A DNA stretch of 64,000 bases from NCBI GenBank assembly GCA_964036045.1, contig OZ038378.1, forward strand, positions 195,362,001-195,426,000. Direction: 5' to 3'. Positions 62,315 through 64,000 of this stretch are shown here, piece after piece. Numbering within the stretch: the first letter of the stretch is position 1; every line of letters starts with the position of its first letter. The position numbers were made by a program, and so were the translations under genes. The notes under the pieces are model-generated. The model was not told the origin of the DNA and made no database searches. It worked only from the letters and a program-made list of their open reading frames with translations. This stretch comes from Eutreptiella sp. 'Long Island Sound 2002' (lineage: Eukaryota > Protista > Euglenida).

Positions 62315-64000
62315 TCAGGGGACCCATCGTGTCCACCAAAGTGGCCGGATTTTTTTCCAACAATATAAACTGTGAGGGGAGTAACCCCCTGGTAGGGGGT
62401 GCAAAAAGGAACCCAAGCCACAAATCTTTTTCCCATCCACCCCCTGTGGATCACAACGTAAATTAGTATGGTGGGCGGGTTGACAGATGTGAGTGAGTTG
62501 TGCACACATGATATCGTGCAGACCATGCGAAGGAGGTTGTGAGGGCAGGGGGGGGGTCATGGACAAAGGCTGTGCCCAGCACACGTCGCCGGCTGTGTGT
62601 TCAAGGAAATTGCATGGTGTGGATATCTTTTGTCAGGTATGCACCTGAGCTGGGATCACAGCACCACACATACGCACTCAGCAAAACGCAACGTATACCT
62701 TCAACGCGGACCGGGTCCTCAGCAATGACTTCATACCCCACCTTCTTCAGCAGAGCCCCACATTCATTTCGCGTCTGGTGAATGGCAATCACCCAATTCT
62801 TGACGACCCCAAAAAGCTCCGTGGCGGCAGACAGCATCTTCAACTCGAAGCCCTGGACAAGACCATACGGCTGCTGAGTACTGGGACGCTTGGTCTTTCC
62901 GAAGGACTCCCCGAGACAATGCACATTGCAGGCGGTGAGGGTTGGGGGGGGGGGGGGCAGGCCACAAATGAAATCCAGCATTCGCACTAGACATAGCGAT
63001 ATCATGCAGTCTGGGTCCCAGACAATCAGTGAAACTACGCTGTGGAGAGGACCAAGGGTTTGGTGATGAGCAAAAAGCGGATCCCATTGTAAACCTTGAA
63101 CCCCAAAGGTACCCCCCCCCGTGTCCAGGAAACGGCAATGTTCGACCGCGGAACCAGGGGTTGGTTCTTGCGCATGACCGTGGGCAGCCCCGCACCGCGG
63201 AAAAAAAATTTCCGGCACGTTGCGCCGCGGCATGCGCACCCTCTCCTTTCCCACACTTAGCCACACTGACAAATGAACACCAAAGAACTGAATCTCAGCT
63301 GACTGGGCTGTAGTGTGCCTTCCAACGTGCATGGAATGATCTAATGTTCAACTGTGTTTAACTGACTTTTATTTGTTTCCTTGTCAGGGGCTGGTTGCTT
63401 CGGGGAAGGGGTCGAGAGCAGGGGGGGAGGGGTTTAAGGGGTATGTGCGACTGTGACTGACTGATAGGGTCCCCCCTGATGGGGGGACCCGTAGCAACAC
63501 ACACGAAATGTTGTCCTGCACACCTGAATAGCTGTCCCACATCCACCAGAACCATGAAAAACCCATTACCCTGGCAAAAAAAGGTGATGTGGAAAATTCG
63601 ACCGCGGAACCAGGGGGCGGTTCTTGCGCAAGGTGGTTCTTGGACGGGGGGGGGGGGATGAAATTTCATGCCCTTCTCGTTCTCTAGACCCTGACGCTGT
63701 GGGCATCTTTGCACACACCTCCACGTCAGCCTTTACAAGTAGAAGCCTCTTCCAGCCCTTCAACGTGGGCAGGAATTCGTTCAGTGTTATGGTATTGATG
63801 GTGCCATTCTTGTTGGGCTGGATCCGTCCCCCAAATCCTGCCGAGGTGATCTTGATCCCCTGCATCGTGGAAGCACCATTGAATGTTGAGTATGCATCCA
63901 CAAGTCATCTCACTGGGTCAAGCCTGCGCCGTGCCAGAGGGAAGATGGGGAGGGGGGGCGGTCGTTTTGGCCACACCCCACCTCACCGGCAGCCAGCAGA
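62315..64000 (-). CDS. Partial (5'-truncated) spliced FkbM-family-like SAM methyltransferase
   Basis: Exons 63859-63719 (cag|...GAG|gtgtgt) and 62852-62699 (ccag|...G|gtatac) join to give TITLNEFL...LLVKADVE|GFELKMLSAATELFGVVKNWVIAIH...LLKKVGYEV, matching the FkbM pattern TLDxx..KxDVEGxExxxL..xH..GY. Further exons at >64000-63982 and from 62592 (AGDVCWA) are possible; the 3' end is uncertain. Confidence 0.6.

Overview
Eukaryotic, intron-rich, transposon-saturated DNA from a large-genome protist; the splice-donor pattern tentatively suggests a euglenid. Three protein genes can be reconstructed, all on the minus strand. (1) A type II pantothenate kinase with at least 14 GT-AG exons spread over about 30 kb (33114 to stop 3052; first exon unresolved near 34.2 kb). 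It appears to carry an N-terminal TM / pore-helix-like / TM module resembling a 2TM ion-channel core without a GYG filter, plus a 145-aa low-complexity insertion. (2) An intronless S4 + RluA/RluD-like pseudouridine-synthase protein (35427-36998/37109) whose catalytic Asp is replaced by Cys (NRLC), fused to an unrecognised C-terminal domain. (3) A 5'-truncated FkbM-like methyltransferase at the right edge. The rest is decayed LINE, ISL2EU/Harbinger-like and hAT-like elements, MITEs and satellites. These include a four-level nested insertion (LINE RNase H region > 6.5-kb TIR element > 3.4-kb hAT element > 29 x 85-bp satellite) and a modular satellite family found inside several different TIR elements. 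Most ORFs in the track, including the three ~800-aa ORFs, are artefacts. No rRNA, tRNA or CRISPR array was seen. Exon models were built by hand and need RNA confirmation.
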